NCBI GenBank assembly: GCA_050701055.1
Contig: JBOHEO010000003.1
Location: forward strand, 806 to 64,805
Source of the DNA: Pseudonocardia sp.
GTDB lineage: Bacteria; Actinomycetota; Actinomycetes; Mycobacteriales; Pseudonocardiaceae
DNA: 64,000 nucleotides
Direction: 5' to 3'
Position 1 is the stretch's first letter. The number at the start of each line of letters is the position of its first letter. Both the position numbers and the translations under genes were made by a program. Under the pieces are notes generated by a model. It searched no databases, was not told where the DNA came from, and was given only the letters and a program-made list of their open reading frames with translations. This document shows, piece after piece, positions 38,666-49,819 of the stretch.

Positions 38666-38666
38666 C

Positions 38667-39224
38667 GTGTCCGCCGATGATCGACAGCGCTGCGGCTGGG
38701 CCGGCAGCGCGCCCGAGTACGTGGCCTACCACGACGATGAGTGGGGCAGGCCGCTGCGAGGCGTCACGGCGCTGTTCGAACGGCTGAGCCTGGAGGGCTT
38801 CCAGTCCGGGCTGTCGTGGCTGGTCATCCTGCGCAAGCGCCCGGCGTTCCGGGCCGCCTTCGCGGGTTTCGAGCCGGCCGCGGTGGCCGCCTTCACCGAC
38901 GCCGATGTGGCGCGACTGCTCACCCAGGCCGCCATCGTGCGCAACCGGGCCAAGATCGAGGCCACGGTGCACAACGCGCGTCGGGTGCTCGACCTCGACA
39001 TGCCGCTCGACGACCTGCTGTGGTCTTTCGCCCCCGACCGGGCCGTCCATCGTAGGCCGGTGACCCTGGCCGAGGTGCCGGCGACCACGCCGGAGTCCAC
39101 CGCGATGGCCCGCGAGCTCAAGCGCCGTGGGCTGCGTTTCGTCGGGCCGACCACCTGTTATGCCCTCATGCAGGCTGCCGGGCTCGTCGACGACCACATC
39201 CGGGACTGCTGGCGGGCTGGCTAG
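38667..39224 (+). CDS. tag: DNA-3-methyladenine glycosylase I
   Basis: RCGW, YHDDEWG, LEGFQSGLSW, IVRNRAKI, FVGPTT, VDDHIRDC. Confidence 0.95.
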   Translation: MSADDRQRCGWAGSAPEYVAYHDDEWGRPLRGVTALFERLSLEGFQSGLSWLVILRKRPAFRAAFAGFEPAAVAAFTDADVARLLTQAAIVRNRAKIEATVHNARRVLDLDMPLDDLLWSFAPDRAVHRRPVTLAEVPATTPESTAMARELKRRGLRFVGPTTCYALMQAAGLVDDHIRDCWRAG

Positions 39225-39372
39225 ATCCTCCGGTTTCACCCCTGTCCGAGGGATGAGGAAAGATGGTCGCGGCAGACGACCCGCCGTGCGCTCTCCCCGC
39301 GCGCTGGCGCCGCACGACAACGCCCGCGCTACAGCAACCCGCGCACGATAGCGAGCACGAAGGGAGCAGGAG

Positions 39373-39540
39373 ATGGCGGCGATGAAGCCCCGGACCGGAG
39401 ACGGTCCCCTGGAGGTGACCAAGGAGGGTCGGGGCATCGTGATGCGCGTTCCGTTGGAGGGTGGTGGCCGCCTGGTCGTCGAGATGTCGGCCGAGGAGGC
39501 CGGCAACCTCGGCGACGCGCTCAAGGCCGCGGCCGGCTGA
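39373..39540 (+). CDS. DUF3117 protein
   Basis: Below the ORF-track cutoff: MAAMKPRTGDGPLEVTKEGRGIVMRVPLEGGGRLVVEMSAEEAGNLGDALKAAAG; AGGAG SD. Confidence 0.93.
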   Translation: MAAMKPRTGDGPLEVTKEGRGIVMRVPLEGGGRLVVEMSAEEAGNLGDALKAAAG

Positions 39541-39554
39541 TTTCGGGAAGCGTC

Positions 39555-40703
39555 CTACAGGGAGCGGTAGACGTCCACCGTCCGGGCGGCCGCCTGGTCC
39601 CAGGAGAACTCCCGTTGCGCCCGGGCCCGGCCCGCGAGGCCCATCGCAGCGGCCCGGCCCGGATCGGCGAGCAGCGCGTTCACCGCGTCCGTGATCCCGG
39701 CCCGGAAATCGTCCATCGCGTGCTCGTCGAAGGGCACGAGCAGACCGCTGACACCGTCGTCGACCACCTCGGGAATGCCGCCCACATCTGACGCTACCAC
39801 CGCCGTCCCGCAGGCCATCGCCTCCAGGTTCACGATGCCCAACGGTTCGTAGACCGACGGGCAGACGAACACGGTGGCGGCGGAGAGGAGCTGGCGGATC
39901 TCGGCCGTCCCGAGCATCCGGCGCACCCAGATCACGCCGGGCCGGGCGGCAGCCAGCTCGGCCACCGCCTTCTCGGTCTCCTCCGCGATCGCCGGCGTGT
40001 CCGGCGCACCCGCGCACAACACGATCTGTGCCTCGCAGCTGATCCGGTGCGCCGCGGCCACGAGGTGCACCACGCCCTTCTGCCGGGTGATCCGGCCGAC
40101 GAACATCACGATCGGCCGGTCCGGGTCGACGCCCACCGCGCGCACCGCGTCCCGACCGGGCTCGGGGCGGTAGAAACCGGTGTCGATGCCGTTGTGCACC
40201 ACATGGACGTGGGCCGGATCCAGCGCGGGGTAACAGTCGAGCACATCGGCGCGCATGCCCGCGCTGACCGCGATCACCGCGTCGGCCTGCTCGTAGGACG
40301 TCCGTTCCACCCACGACGAGAGCCGGTACCCGCCGCCGAGCTGCTCGGCCTTCCACGGCCGGCGCGGCTCCAGGGAATGTGCGGTGACGACGTGCGGGAC
40401 ATCGTGGAGCACCTTTGCCAGGTGCCCGGCCATATTGGCGTACCAGGTGTGGGAATGGGCGATGTCCACCCCGTGCAGTGCGGCCACCATCGACAGGTTC
40501 ACGCCCAGGGTCTGTAGCGCCGGGTTGGACTCGGCGAGCGCATCGGGAGGCTGATGGCCGGCCGCACCGGGGCGGGTGTCGCCGAAGCAGTGCACGTCCA
40601 CGTCCACGAGCTCCCGCAACGCGGATACCAGATGCCCGACGTGCACCCCGGCGCCCCCGTACACGTCGGGCGGGTACTCGCGGGTGAGCAGGCCGATGCG
40701 CAC
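39555..40703 (-). CDS. glgA: GlgA/GlgM alpha-maltose-1-phosphate synthase (GT4)
   Basis: [50 protein letters not shown]. Confidence 0.95.
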   Translation of the reverse strand: MRIGLLTREYPPDVYGGAGVHVGHLVSALRELVDVDVHCFGDTRPGAAGHQPPDALAESNPALQTLGVNLSMVAALHGVDIAHSHTWYANMAGHLAKVLHDVPHVVTAHSLEPRRPWKAEQLGGGYRLSSWVERTSYEQADAVIAVSAGMRADVLDCYPALDPAHVHVVHNGIDTGFYRPEPGRDAVRAVGVDPDRPIVMFVGRITRQKGVVHLVAAAHRISCEAQIVLCAGAPDTPAIAEETEKAVAELAAARPGVIWVRRMLGTAEIRQLLSAATVFVCPSVYEPLGIVNLEAMACGTAVVASDVGGIPEVVDDGVSGLLVPFDEHAMDDFRAGITDAVNALLADPGRAAAMGLAGRARAQREFSWDQAAARTVDVYRSL

Positions 40704-40778
40704 CCGGAGCACGCTAGCCGCACCCACGGACGTTCCTCCGGTGGCCCGGCGTGGCACGTGCCGACTAGGGTCAGGCAC

Positions 40779-42020
40779 GTGACGTTGCAGCCGGCCGCAC
40801 CCCGGGCTTTGCCGGCCAACGTGCTCGGCATCGTACTCGCCGGCGGGGAGGGCAAGCGGCTGTGGCCGCTCACCGCCGACCGCGCCAAACCGGCGGTGCC
40901 CTTCGGGGGCAACTACCGGCTGGTCGACTTCGTGCTGTCCAACCTGGTCAACGCCGGGCTGCACCGGATCTGCGTGCTCACCCAGTACAAGTCGCACTCG
41001 TTGGACCTGCACATCTCCACCACGTGGCGCCTGTCCAGCGTTCTGGGCCAGTACATCACCACGGTGCCGGCCCAGCAGCGGCTCGGCAGGCGCTGGTACA
41101 CCGGCAGCGCCGACGCGATCTTCCAGAGCCTCAACCTCGTCTACGACGAGCGGCCGGACTACATCGCGGTCTTCGGCGCCGACCACGTCTACCGCATGGA
41201 TCCGGGCCAGATGCTCGCCCGGCACGTCGAGAGCGGGGCCGGGGTCACCGTTGCCGGCATCCGGGTGCCGCGCGCGGAGGCCAAGGGGTTCGGCTGCATC
41301 GAGTCCGACCTGGGCGGCCACATCACCGACTTCCTCGAGAAGCCGTCCGACCCGCCGGCTGTGCCCGGCGACCCGGATGTGACGTTCGCCTCGATGGGCA
41401 ACTACGTGTTCACCACCGACGTGCTGCTCGAGGCGTTGCACGCCGACGCCGAGGACAGCGACTCCGACCACGACATGGGTGGCGACATCATCCCGCGGCT
41501 GGTCCGTCAGGGTGACGCGGCGGTGTACGACTTCGCCGACAACGTCGTGCCCGGTGCCACCGACCGCGACTCCGGCTACTGGCGTGACGTCGGCACCATC
41601 GACACCTACTACGAGGCGCACAACGACCTGTGGTCGGTGCGCCCGGTCTTCAACCTCTACAACGACCGCTGGCCGATCCGCACGGCGACCGCACCGCTGC
41701 CGCCGGCGAAGTTCGTGGAGGGTGGCGTCGCCCAGGACTGTATCGTCGGGTCCGGCTCCATCATCTCGGGCGCCATCGTGCGCCGGTCGGTGATCAGCCC
41801 GAACGTCATGGTGCTGCCCGGCGCCGAGGTGTCGGACTCCGTGGTGCTGCCCGGCGCCCGGATCGGCCGGGGCGCGGTGGTGCGCGGGGCGATCCTGGAC
41901 AAGAACGTGCGAGTTCCCGACGGCGCGCTGGTCGGGGTGGATCTGGCGATGGACCGGGCCCGTTACACGGTGAGTGCCGGTGGTGTCGTGGTGCTGGGCA
42001 AGGGCATGACCGCACTGTGA
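40779..42020 (+). CDS. glgC: Glucose-1-phosphate adenylyltransferase
   Basis: [43 protein letters not shown]. Confidence 0.97.
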   Translation: MTLQPAAPRALPANVLGIVLAGGEGKRLWPLTADRAKPAVPFGGNYRLVDFVLSNLVNAGLHRICVLTQYKSHSLDLHISTTWRLSSVLGQYITTVPAQQRLGRRWYTGSADAIFQSLNLVYDERPDYIAVFGADHVYRMDPGQMLARHVESGAGVTVAGIRVPRAEAKGFGCIESDLGGHITDFLEKPSDPPAVPGDPDVTFASMGNYVFTTDVLLEALHADAEDSDSDHDMGGDIIPRLVRQGDAAVYDFADNVVPGATDRDSGYWRDVGTIDTYYEAHNDLWSVRPVFNLYNDRWPIRTATAPLPPAKFVEGGVAQDCIVGSGSIISGAIVRRSVISPNVMVLPGAEVSDSVVLPGARIGRGAVVRGAILDKNVRVPDGALVGVDLAMDRARYTVSAGGVVVLGKGMTAL

Positions 42021-42057
42021 TCATGAGGTGCGGCGATTCACCTGACCGCCTCGTGGT

Positions 42058-42747
42058 TCATCGGGTGCGCACGGCGGCCAGCAGCCCGTCGCCCAGCGGG
42101 AGCAGCACCGACACCAGCCGATCGTCCTCGCGCACCTGCCGGGCCACCTCGCGAAGCGTCGCGACGTCGGGGTCGGCGGCCGGGTCGAGCGCCGGGTCGG
42201 CCACCCGGCCGCTGCCGAGCACGTCGTCGAGTGCCACCACTCCGCCGGGACGCAGCAGCCGCACCGCCTCGTCCAGGTATCGGGGGTACTCCGCCACCAC
42301 CGCGTCGACGAACACCAGGTCGTAGCCGCCGTCTGTGAGGCGGGGCAGAACGTCCAACCCCATGCCGTTGATCAGGCGTAGCCGGCCAGGGCCGTGTCCC
42401 GCCGCGGTGAACGCCGTGCGCGCCGCCCTTTGGTGCTCCGGGTCGACATCGATCGAGGTGAGCACCCCGTCCGCGGTCATGCCACGCAGCAACCACAGCC
42501 CGCTCACCCCGGCCCCAGTGCCGATCTCCACCACCGCGCGGGCCCGGATCGTGGCGGCCAGGAAACAGAGCCCCGCGCCGCTGCCCGGACCGACCGGGGG
42601 ACAACCGAGGGCCTCGGCCCGAGCACGCGCGGTGATCAGCACGTCGTCCTCGGCGAGGTATCCTTCGACATAGTCGCGGACGGCCTCGGGACTGCCACCG
42701 CGCGAAGCTCTGGCGGAGCGCGCGTCGTCACCGTCCCGGCCGGTCAT
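42058..42747 (-). CDS. O-methyltransferase (Rv1220c-like)
   Basis: [35 protein letters not shown]. Confidence 0.93.
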   Translation of the reverse strand: MTGRDGDDARSARASRGGSPEAVRDYVEGYLAEDDVLITARARAEALGCPPVGPGSGAGLCFLAATIRARAVVEIGTGAGVSGLWLLRGMTADGVLTSIDVDPEHQRAARTAFTAAGHGPGRLRLINGMGLDVLPRLTDGGYDLVFVDAVVAEYPRYLDEAVRLLRPGGVVALDDVLGSGRVADPALDPAADPDVATLREVARQVREDDRLVSVLLPLGDGLLAAVRTR

Positions 42748-42814
42748 GGTCAGAAGATTACTGCGGGTGCTCCGTGCTCGGTCGCATGCCAGGGCACGGT
42801 GGGTCCGGGCGTAT

Positions 42815-42853
42815 TCACAGGATCCTCTTAGGGGGTTCTCACCCCGCTGTCAC
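42815..42853 (+). promoter_or_regulatory. MprA-box-like hexamer array upstream of sigE
   Basis: TCACAG-n5-TCTTAG-n5-TCTCAC-n5-TGTCAC (11-bp period), resembling the mycobacterial MprA box TCTCAG-n5-TCTCAG. Confidence 0.6.
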
Positions 42854-42905
42854 GGGTATCCAGGATCATGGACTCACGACCCCGCCCAGGAGGTGCTCCC
42901 CACCG

Positions 42906-43586
42906 ATGATCGATAGCTCGGCAACAGTCATGATCCCGAGTGGTGCCGTGCTGCCCGGAGAGGGCGTGCACTGGTCGCCCCCGAGTTGGGACGAGGTCGT
43001 CCGAGAGCACGGCGACCGTGTATACCGCCTCGCCTACCGGCTCACCGGCAACCAGCACGATGCCGAGGACCTCACCCAGGAGACGTTCGTCCGGGTCTTT
43101 CGTTCGCTCGCATCGTTCAAGCCGGGCACGTTCGAGGGCTGGCTGCACCGGATCACCACCAACCTGTTCCTCGACATGGTGCGCCGTCGTTCCCGGGTTC
43201 GGATGGAGGCCCTTCCCGACGACGCGGACCGCCTCCCCGGCCGCGGGCCCGAACCCGAGCAGGCCTTTTCCGACACCCACCTCGACCCGCGGCTACAGGC
43301 GGCGCTGCACGAGTTGCCTCCCGAGTTCCGCGCCGCGGTCGTACTCTGCGACGTGGAGGGGCTGTCCTATGAGGAGATCGGTGCCACCCTGGGAGTGAAG
43401 CTAGGCACGGTGCGCAGCAGGATTCATCGTGGTCGGGCCGCTCTGCGCGCAGCGCTGGAGCGGGATCGGCCCGCGGCTGACGTCCCGGGGCGCGAGACGG
43501 CCCCGACGCAGACCACCGCGGGTCAGACGGCAGCGGGTCAGACGGCAGCGGGTCAGACGGCAGTGGCGGAGGAGGTCGGCCGATGA
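42906..43586 (+). CDS. sigE: ECF sigma factor SigE
   Basis: [53 protein letters not shown]. Confidence 0.96.
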   Translation: MIDSSATVMIPSGAVLPGEGVHWSPPSWDEVVREHGDRVYRLAYRLTGNQHDAEDLTQETFVRVFRSLASFKPGTFEGWLHRITTNLFLDMVRRRSRVRMEALPDDADRLPGRGPEPEQAFSDTHLDPRLQAALHELPPEFRAAVVLCDVEGLSYEEIGATLGVKLGTVRSRIHRGRAALRAALERDRPAADVPGRETAPTQTTAGQTAAGQTAAGQTAVAEEVGR

Positions 43587-44236
43587 GCGACGGGCGTCGG
43601 CGCTTCGAGGTGATCGCTCCCGACTGGGGGCAAGCCCACCTGACATCCGATGCCATCGTCGCCTTCGTTGACGGCGAGCTCACCGACGGCGCCCACACCC
43701 GGGCGTCGCGCCATATCGAGGTCTGCCCGGAATGCCAGGCCGAGGTCGTGACCCAGGGTCAGGCGCGGGCGCTGCTCCGATCGGCGCAGTGCCCGACGCT
43801 GCCGTCCGCGCTGCTGAGCGCGCTGCGTTCGATCCCACGCGACGCCGACCTGCCCGCCCCGCCGCCGGGCCTCGCGATGGGAGTGGACGGCCAGTTCGTC
43901 CACACCCCGGGTGCCGCCGGGCCGAACCGGCGCCGGACGGGTCAGCGCCGGATGCGTTTCGGCGCCGGTGCCGTCGCGTCCGGTCTCGCGTTGGGCGCCC
44001 TGGTCCTCGGGGTCTCCGCCGCCCCGTCCGCCCCCGCCGCGGCACCCCCAGCGGAGCGCGGGGTGTTCGGCGGCTCGTTGCTCGGTGGATCCCCCGGTCA
44101 GATCCTCGATGCTCGCCTGCAGGTGGTTCCTACCGGACCGTCGGCAGTGACGAACACGGTCAGTCCCGTGGAGCCCCTGTCGGAGCGTCTCGACCGGATG
44201 CCTGCCTCGTTCATCACGCACCCCGGCCGGCCCTGA
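43583..44236 (+). CDS. rseA: Zinc anti-sigma factor RseA
   Basis: [15 protein letters not shown]...HIEVCPEC (HxxxCxxC), TM segment, directly after sigE. Confidence 0.9.
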   Translation: MSDGRRRFEVIAPDWGQAHLTSDAIVAFVDGELTDGAHTRASRHIEVCPECQAEVVTQGQARALLRSAQCPTLPSALLSALRSIPRDADLPAPPPGLAMGVDGQFVHTPGAAGPNRRRTGQRRMRFGAGAVASGLALGALVLGVSAAPSAPAAAPPAERGVFGGSLLGGSPGQILDARLQVVPTGPSAVTNTVSPVEPLSERLDRMPASFITHPGRP

Positions 44237-44320
44237 GACGCGGACTTCACCTCCCGTGAGGCAGGCTCTCGGTTGAAGATCCTCTGCTCGTCCAGGCCGT
44301 ATCCCAGGAGTCCCGCAGCG

Positions 44321-45817
44321 GTGAGCGAACCATCGACCGCCCCCGCCCCGCCGCGTCTGGGGCCGCGCTCGCTGGAGCGACCCGCGGTCGACCCGGCTGA
44401 CGCATCGGTGTTCGGGCGCCCGACCGGTGTGCGCGACGGCTTCGCGGACACCGGTGATCGTGGTGCTGTCACCGATATCGCGTCGGATGCACCCCCGCCC
44501 GCCGCGCTCGCGTACGCGTTCGGTCGTCCTGCCGGCGAGGTCGGCCCGCTGCAGCGGCCGCCGGGCCGGACCGCCGGTGAGGAGGTCGAGGACGACCCGC
44601 TCTGGGGCACCGGGTCCGGCGATCCCTGGCGCGACCCGGGCAGCGGTGTCGAGCTCGGGCCGCCGCCGGCTCCGGACCCGGCCGGTAAGCAGGTGGGCGC
44701 ACCCGGTGAGGGTGTCCGGCTCAGCCTGCGTGAGGTCCTCTTCGACCGCCGGGTGCAACCGCGAGCACTCGTCCTGCTCGGCCTCGTGACGCTGCTGATC
44801 GGCGCCGCCGGCGGGCTCGTCGGGCACGCCACAGCGGACGGCGCCGCCGGACTGACCGACCCGGACGCCACGATCACCTCGACCAGCGAGGCCAAGGAGC
44901 GCCCGCCCGGGTCCGTCGCCGACATCGCCGCCCGCACGGTTCCGGCGGTGGTCTCGATCGAGCTGCGGATCGGGGACGAGGGTGGCACCGGTTCCGGCGT
45001 CCTGATCGACCCGGCCGGCTACGTCCTGACCAACAACCACGTCATCGAGCCGGTCGCGCAGGCGCAGGGCGGGGAGATCGAGGCGATCTTCCACGACGGC
45101 ACCCGCAGCGTTGCCACGATCGTGGGCCGGGACGCCAAGACCGACCTCGCCGTCCTCAAGGTCGAGGTGGCCAACCCGGTGGTCGCGCAGCTCGGCTCGT
45201 CGGCGGGACTGGCAGTGGGGGACGGAGTATTGGCGATCGGGTCGCCGCTCGGGCTCGTCGGCACCGTCACCCAGGGCATCGTCAGTGCCCTCGATCGCCC
45301 GGTCCCGCTCGATGGCGACGGGGGTGATACCGCCGCGGTGATCGACGCGATCCAGACCGACGCGGCGATCAACCCCGGCAACTCCGGCGGCCCGCTGGTG
45401 GACTCCACCGGTGCCGTTGTCGGCATCAACACCGCGATCCGCAGCCTGGGGACCGGCGAGAGCGGCGGCTCGATCGGGCTCGGCTTCGCCATCCCGATCG
45501 ACGACGCCCGGCGGATCGCCGAGGAGCTGATCCGCACCGGGGTCGTGCGGCACGCCGAGCTGGGGGTCAACGCCCGATCGGTCACCGACGGCACCACCGA
45601 TGGCGCGCAGGTCCAGAACGTGCGCCAGGGTGGCGCGGCTGCCGGGGCGGGCATCGTCGAGGGCGATGTCATCGTCCGGTTGGGTGAGCGGTCGATCGCC
45701 GGTGCCGACGAGCTGGTTGTCGCGGTGCGCGAGCGAGAGCCGGGCGAGACGGTGCTGGTCGAGCTGGTCCGGGATGGCCGCCCGCTCACGGTCTCGGTGG
45801 TCCTGGCATCGGACTGA
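44321..45817 (+). CDS. htrA: HtrA-like serine protease with PDZ domain
   Basis: LTNNHV, TDLAVLKV, IQTDAAINPGNSGGPL, C-terminal PDZ. Confidence 0.95.
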   Translation: MSEPSTAPAPPRLGPRSLERPAVDPADASVFGRPTGVRDGFADTGDRGAVTDIASDAPPPAALAYAFGRPAGEVGPLQRPPGRTAGEEVEDDPLWGTGSGDPWRDPGSGVELGPPPAPDPAGKQVGAPGEGVRLSLREVLFDRRVQPRALVLLGLVTLLIGAAGGLVGHATADGAAGLTDPDATITSTSEAKERPPGSVADIAARTVPAVVSIELRIGDEGGTGSGVLIDPAGYVLTNNHVIEPVAQAQGGEIEAIFHDGTRSVATIVGRDAKTDLAVLKVEVANPVVAQLGSSAGLAVGDGVLAIGSPLGLVGTVTQGIVSALDRPVPLDGDGGDTAAVIDAIQTDAAINPGNSGGPLVDSTGAVVGINTAIRSLGTGESGGSIGLGFAIPIDDARRIAEELIRTGVVRHAELGVNARSVTDGTTDGAQVQNVRQGGAAAGAGIVEGDVIVRLGERSIAGADELVVAVREREPGETVLVELVRDGRPLTVSVVLASD

Positions 45818-45842
45818 CCGGGTACGCGCGTAGGCTGGGCCT

Positions 45843-46259
45843 GTGTTCGACAGCGTCGGTTGGGGCGAGATCCTGGTATTGATCGTTGCCGGGCTGTTCA
45901 TCGTCGGCCCTGAGCGGTTGCCGTCGGCGGCCGCGTGGTTGGGCAAGACGATCAGGCAGGTTAAGGAGTACGCCACGGGGGCCCGTGAGCAACTCCGTGG
46001 TGAGCTCGGTCCGGAGTTCGAGGAGATGCGCAAGCCGCTCGACGAGCTGCGTGGCCTGCGCAGCTTCAACCCGCGCACCGTGATGCGCCGCTCGCTGTTC
46101 GACGATGAGGGCGGGTGGCCCGGCTTCGGGGAGAAGCCCAACGGCTTCATCCCCTTCGCCGACGGCCCCGCGATCCCGCAGGTTCACCCGGCCACCGGCC
46201 CGGCACCCGAGCGGCTCGCCCCGGGTGAGCGCCCCCCGATGGACCCCGACGCCACCTGA
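45843..46259 (+). CDS. tatB: Twin-arginine translocase subunit TatB
   Basis: [27 protein letters not shown]; ends DPDAT. Confidence 0.94.
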   Translation: MFDSVGWGEILVLIVAGLFIVGPERLPSAAAWLGKTIRQVKEYATGAREQLRGELGPEFEEMRKPLDELRGLRSFNPRTVMRRSLFDDEGGWPGFGEKPNGFIPFADGPAIPQVHPATGPAPERLAPGERPPMDPDAT

Positions 46260-46282
46260 TCTCCGTTCGTCGCCCTGTCCGG

Positions 46283-47431
46283 CTACGTGCGTACCGGGCT
46301 GATGTTCAGGGACATGCCGGCCAGGCCGCGGGCTCGGGTGGTGAGTGTGTCGGCCACGCTGGACAGGACTCGGGCACTGGCTGCCGTCGGGTCGGCCAGC
46401 ACGATCGGGGTGCCGACGTCGCCACACTCGCGCAGCCGCGTCTCCAGCGGGATCTGCCCAAGCAGCGGCACCGGGACGCCGACGGTGCGGCTGAGCGAGT
46501 CCGCCACCGTCTGGCCACCGCCGGAACCGAAGATCTCCACTCGGCTGCCGTCGGGGAGCTCCATCCAGGACATGTTCTCCACGACCCCGGCCAGCCGTTG
46601 CCGGGTCTGGGCCGCGATCGACCCGGCCCGCTCGGCCACCTCGGCCGCGGCCGGCTGCGGGGTGGTGACCACGAGCAGTTCGGCGTTCGGCACGAGCTGT
46701 GCGGTGGAGATGGCGATGTCGCCGGTACCCGGTGGCAGGTCGAGCAGCAGCACGTCGAGGTCACCCCAGAAGACGTCGGCGAGGAACTGTTGTAGTGCGC
46801 GGTGCAGCATCGGGCCGCGCCAGACCACCGCGGTGTTGCCGTCGACGAACATGCCGATCGAGATGACCTTCACGCCGTGCGCCTGCGGTGGCATGATCAT
46901 GTTCTCGACCTTGGTGGGACGCGCGGCGGTACCGAGCATGCGCGGCACCGAGTGACCGTAGATGTCCGCGTCGACGACGCCGACCGAGAGCCCGCGGGCG
47001 GCCATGGCGACCGCCAGGTTCACCGTGACCGACGACTTGCCGACCCCGCCCTTACCGGATGCCACGCAGTACACCCGGGTGAGCGAGCCGGGCTGGGCGA
47101 ACGGGATCACCGGGTCGGCGCTGTCGCCACGCAGGCTCTTGCGCAGCTCGGTGCGCTGCTCATCGCTCATCACGTCGAGCTCCACCTGGACGGCGGTGAC
47201 CCCGGGTACCGAGCCGACCGCGGTGGTGACCCGGCTGGTGATCGTTTCGCGCATGGGACAGCCGGCGACGGTCAGGTACACCCCGATATGGGCGAACCCG
47301 GCCGGTGAGACCGTGACACCCTTGACCATGCCCAGGTCGGTGATCGGTTTGTGGATCTCCGGGTCCTCGACGCCGCGGAGCGCGACGTGCACGGCCTGCT
47401 CGATCGTTGTGGTGTCAGTGCTGGTGGACAT
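46283..47431 (-). CDS. mrp: Mrp/NBP35 Fe-S carrier ATPase
   Basis: SGKGGVGKS, DADIYG, WRGPM, DLPPGTGD, VENMS. Confidence 0.96.
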   Translation of the reverse strand: MSTSTDTTTIEQAVHVALRGVEDPEIHKPITDLGMVKGVTVSPAGFAHIGVYLTVAGCPMRETITSRVTTAVGSVPGVTAVQVELDVMSDEQRTELRKSLRGDSADPVIPFAQPGSLTRVYCVASGKGGVGKSSVTVNLAVAMAARGLSVGVVDADIYGHSVPRMLGTAARPTKVENMIMPPQAHGVKVISIGMFVDGNTAVVWRGPMLHRALQQFLADVFWGDLDVLLLDLPPGTGDIAISTAQLVPNAELLVVTTPQPAAAEVAERAGSIAAQTRQRLAGVVENMSWMELPDGSRVEIFGSGGGQTVADSLSRTVGVPVPLLGQIPLETRLRECGDVGTPIVLADPTAASARVLSSVADTLTTRARGLAGMSLNISPVRT

Positions 47432-47503
47432 CAGCCCATGCTACGTACCGGGCCCACGATACGTTCGGCACAGTGCTACTCCGGGGTCGTACTATCCTCG
47501 GCC

Positions 47504-47983
47504 GTGACGAACATCGCCTCAGTTCCACCGGACGTGGCCGCGGCCGAACGTTGCAGGCCCACCCACGATGAGCTCGTGACCTGGCGATCGTTTCTGCGGG
47601 CACACGCAAGGATCACCCGGGCTCTGGAGGCCGAGCTCATCGCCGAGCAGCGGCTGTCGCTGGCGTCCTACGACGTGCTCGTCCAGCTCGCCGAGGCGCC
47701 GCAGCGGCGCCTGCGGATGACCGAGCTCGCCGACGCCGTACTCCTCTCGCGCTCCGGGGTCACCCGGGTCGTGGACCGCCTGGAGCGGGCCGGCCTGGTC
47801 AGCCGCTCGCGAGTGGAGAATGACGGGCGTGGCGTGGCTGCCCAGCTCACCGCTGCTGGCCTGAACCGCCTCCGGCTGGCCTCCCGTACCCACCTCGACG
47901 GGGTGGTCCGGCACTTCGCGGTCCGGCTGGAGGCCGAGGACCTCGCGGTACTGGACCGGATCAGTCGCCGGCTGGCCGACTGA
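47504..47983 (+). CDS. MarR-family regulator
   Basis: YDVLVQL, LRMTELADAVLLSRSGVTRVVDRLE, DGRG. Confidence 0.93.
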   Translation: MTNIASVPPDVAAAERCRPTHDELVTWRSFLRAHARITRALEAELIAEQRLSLASYDVLVQLAEAPQRRLRMTELADAVLLSRSGVTRVVDRLERAGLVSRSRVENDGRGVAAQLTAAGLNRLRLASRTHLDGVVRHFAVRLEAEDLAVLDRISRRLAD

Positions 47984-48527
47984 CCCCGGTCGTTCGCGTC
48001 CGATCCGATGCGGCGCCGGTACCGCCGCGGCCCGGCCGATCGGTGGTCCGCGCCGGCCCGGCTCCGGAGGCGAGCCGCGCGGCGATCCGGTCCAGCTCGC
48101 TACGCAGGAAGTCGCGCGTGGCGACCTCACCGAGCGCCAGGCGCAGCGCGGCCAGCTCGCGAGCCAGGTACTCGGTGTCGGCCTTCGTGCGCTCGGCACG
48201 GGCCCGATCCTCCTCCAGGGAGACCCGGTCGCGGTCGTCCTGCCGGTTCTGGGCCAGCAGGATGAGCGGTGCGGCGTACGCGGCCTGGGTGGAGAATGCC
48301 AGATTGAGCAGGATGAACGGGTAGGGATCCCAGGCGAGCGACACCGCCACCACGTTGATCGCGATCCAGATGAGGACGATCACGGTCTGAATGGCCAGGA
48401 AGCGCCCGGTGCCGAGGAACCGGGCGATCCGCTCGGAGAGCCGGGCGAAGCCGTCGGGATCCAGCTCGAAGCGGCGGCGCCCGAGCAGGGGTTGGTCCAG
48501 CCGGCGTCGGGCGATCGGCTCAGGCAT
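47961..48527 (-). CDS. DUF1003 membrane protein
   Basis: WDPYPFILLNLAFSTQAAYAAPLILLAQNRQ. Confidence 0.94.
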   Translation of the reverse strand: MPEPIARRRLDQPLLGRRRFELDPDGFARLSERIARFLGTGRFLAIQTVIVLIWIAINVVAVSLAWDPYPFILLNLAFSTQAAYAAPLILLAQNRQDDRDRVSLEEDRARAERTKADTEYLARELAALRLALGEVATRDFLRSELDRIAARLASGAGPARTTDRPGRGGTGAASDRTRTTGVSRPAGD

Positions 48528-49794
48528 CGGTTGCCTCCGTCCGGATGGTGTCGGGCTCGGGGTCGGTGAGGCGGTCACGCCAGTCGTCCGGGAGCAGGTG
48601 GTCGAGCACGTCATCGACGCTGACCGCGCCCAGTAGGTGATCCTCGGCGTCGACGACCGGCCCGGCCACCAGGTTGTAGGCCGCGAAGTAACGGGTGACC
48701 TCGCCGAGCGTGGCCTCCGGTGACAGGCGGGCCAGCTCGGCGTCGACGATGCCTGCCACCAGCTCGAACGGCGCCTCGCGGAGCAGCCGTTGGGTGTGCG
48801 CGCAGCCGAGGTAGCGTCCGGTCGGGGTCTCCGACGGCGGCCGGCAGACGAACACCATGCTGGCCAGCGCGGGCGGGATATCCGGGTTGCGGATGCGGGC
48901 CAGCGCCTCGGCCACCGTCGCGTCCGGGCGCAGGATGATCGGCTCCGGGGTCATCAGCCCGCCCGCGGTGTTCGACGAGTAGCTGAGCAGCCGCCGGACG
49001 GGCGCCGACTCGCCCGGTTCCATGAGCGCGAGCAGCGCGTCGGCATCGGCGTCGGGCAGCTCGCCGAGCAGGTCGGCGGCGTCGTCGGGGGACATGGCTT
49101 CGAGGACATCGGCGGCACGCTCGGGGTCGAGATGGTCGAGCAGGATGCGCTGGTCGGCCTCCGACAGCTCCTCGAACACATCGGCCAGCCGCTCGTCGTC
49201 GAGCGCGTCGATCACCTCGTGCCGGCGTTTCTCCGGCAGCTCGGTCAGGGTGGCGGCGACGTCGGCGGCGCGCATCGTCTCGAACACAGCGAGCAGCCCC
49301 GCGGTGCCCTGACGGTCGGTCAGCGACAGCCCGGTCACCGCGTTCCACGCCACCACCTGCACCTGGCCACGACGGGCGAGGCCGTGCCGCCGCGTTCGGA
49401 CGGCGAGCCTGTTGACGATCCAGTCCCGGGAGCGGGTGAGCTCGATGCCTGCGTCGACCACGACGACCTCGGCGCCGGACTCGGCCAGCCGAACCGGCGC
49501 GTCGAGCAGTTGACCGATCAGCAGCGTCTCGTTGGGCCGGTGGGTGAAGCGCCGCAGGCTGACCGAGCCGGTGGCGAGGGTGACCGCCGCCGGGTCCACG
49601 CCGGTCACCCGCAGCATCGGCACGAAGATCCTCCGGCGGGTGGCCAGCTCGACGACGAGGCCGAGCACCCGCGGCGGGTTGGCGTCCACCCGCAGGGTGG
49701 CCACGAGGTCGCGCAGCTTGCCGATCCGCTCGCCGTCGGGACCGAACACGGCCAGGCCCACCAGCCGTGCCGCGAAAACCCGATCGGTGCTCAT
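48520..49794 (-). CDS. MgtE intracellular-domain/CBS protein (Rv1232c-like)
   Basis: PRC-like N-terminus, MSPDDAADLL, TAGGLMTPEP, VDDVLDHLLPDDWR. Confidence 0.93.
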   Translation of the reverse strand: MSTDRVFAARLVGLAVFGPDGERIGKLRDLVATLRVDANPPRVLGLVVELATRRRIFVPMLRVTGVDPAAVTLATGSVSLRRFTHRPNETLLIGQLLDAPVRLAESGAEVVVVDAGIELTRSRDWIVNRLAVRTRRHGLARRGQVQVVAWNAVTGLSLTDRQGTAGLLAVFETMRAADVAATLTELPEKRRHEVIDALDDERLADVFEELSEADQRILLDHLDPERAADVLEAMSPDDAADLLGELPDADADALLALMEPGESAPVRRLLSYSSNTAGGLMTPEPIILRPDATVAEALARIRNPDIPPALASMVFVCRPPSETPTGRYLGCAHTQRLLREAPFELVAGIVDAELARLSPEATLGEVTRYFAAYNLVAGPVVDAEDHLLGAVSVDDVLDHLLPDDWRDRLTDPEPDTIRTEATDA

Positions 49795-49819
49795 GGCCGG
49801 CAGCCTAGGGTCTCCGACC

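Noticed and set aside
43518..43562. 15-bp x3 repeat (GCGGGTCAGACGGCA) at the sigE 3' end
   Set aside because: In-frame slippage in a disordered tail; no sign of function.
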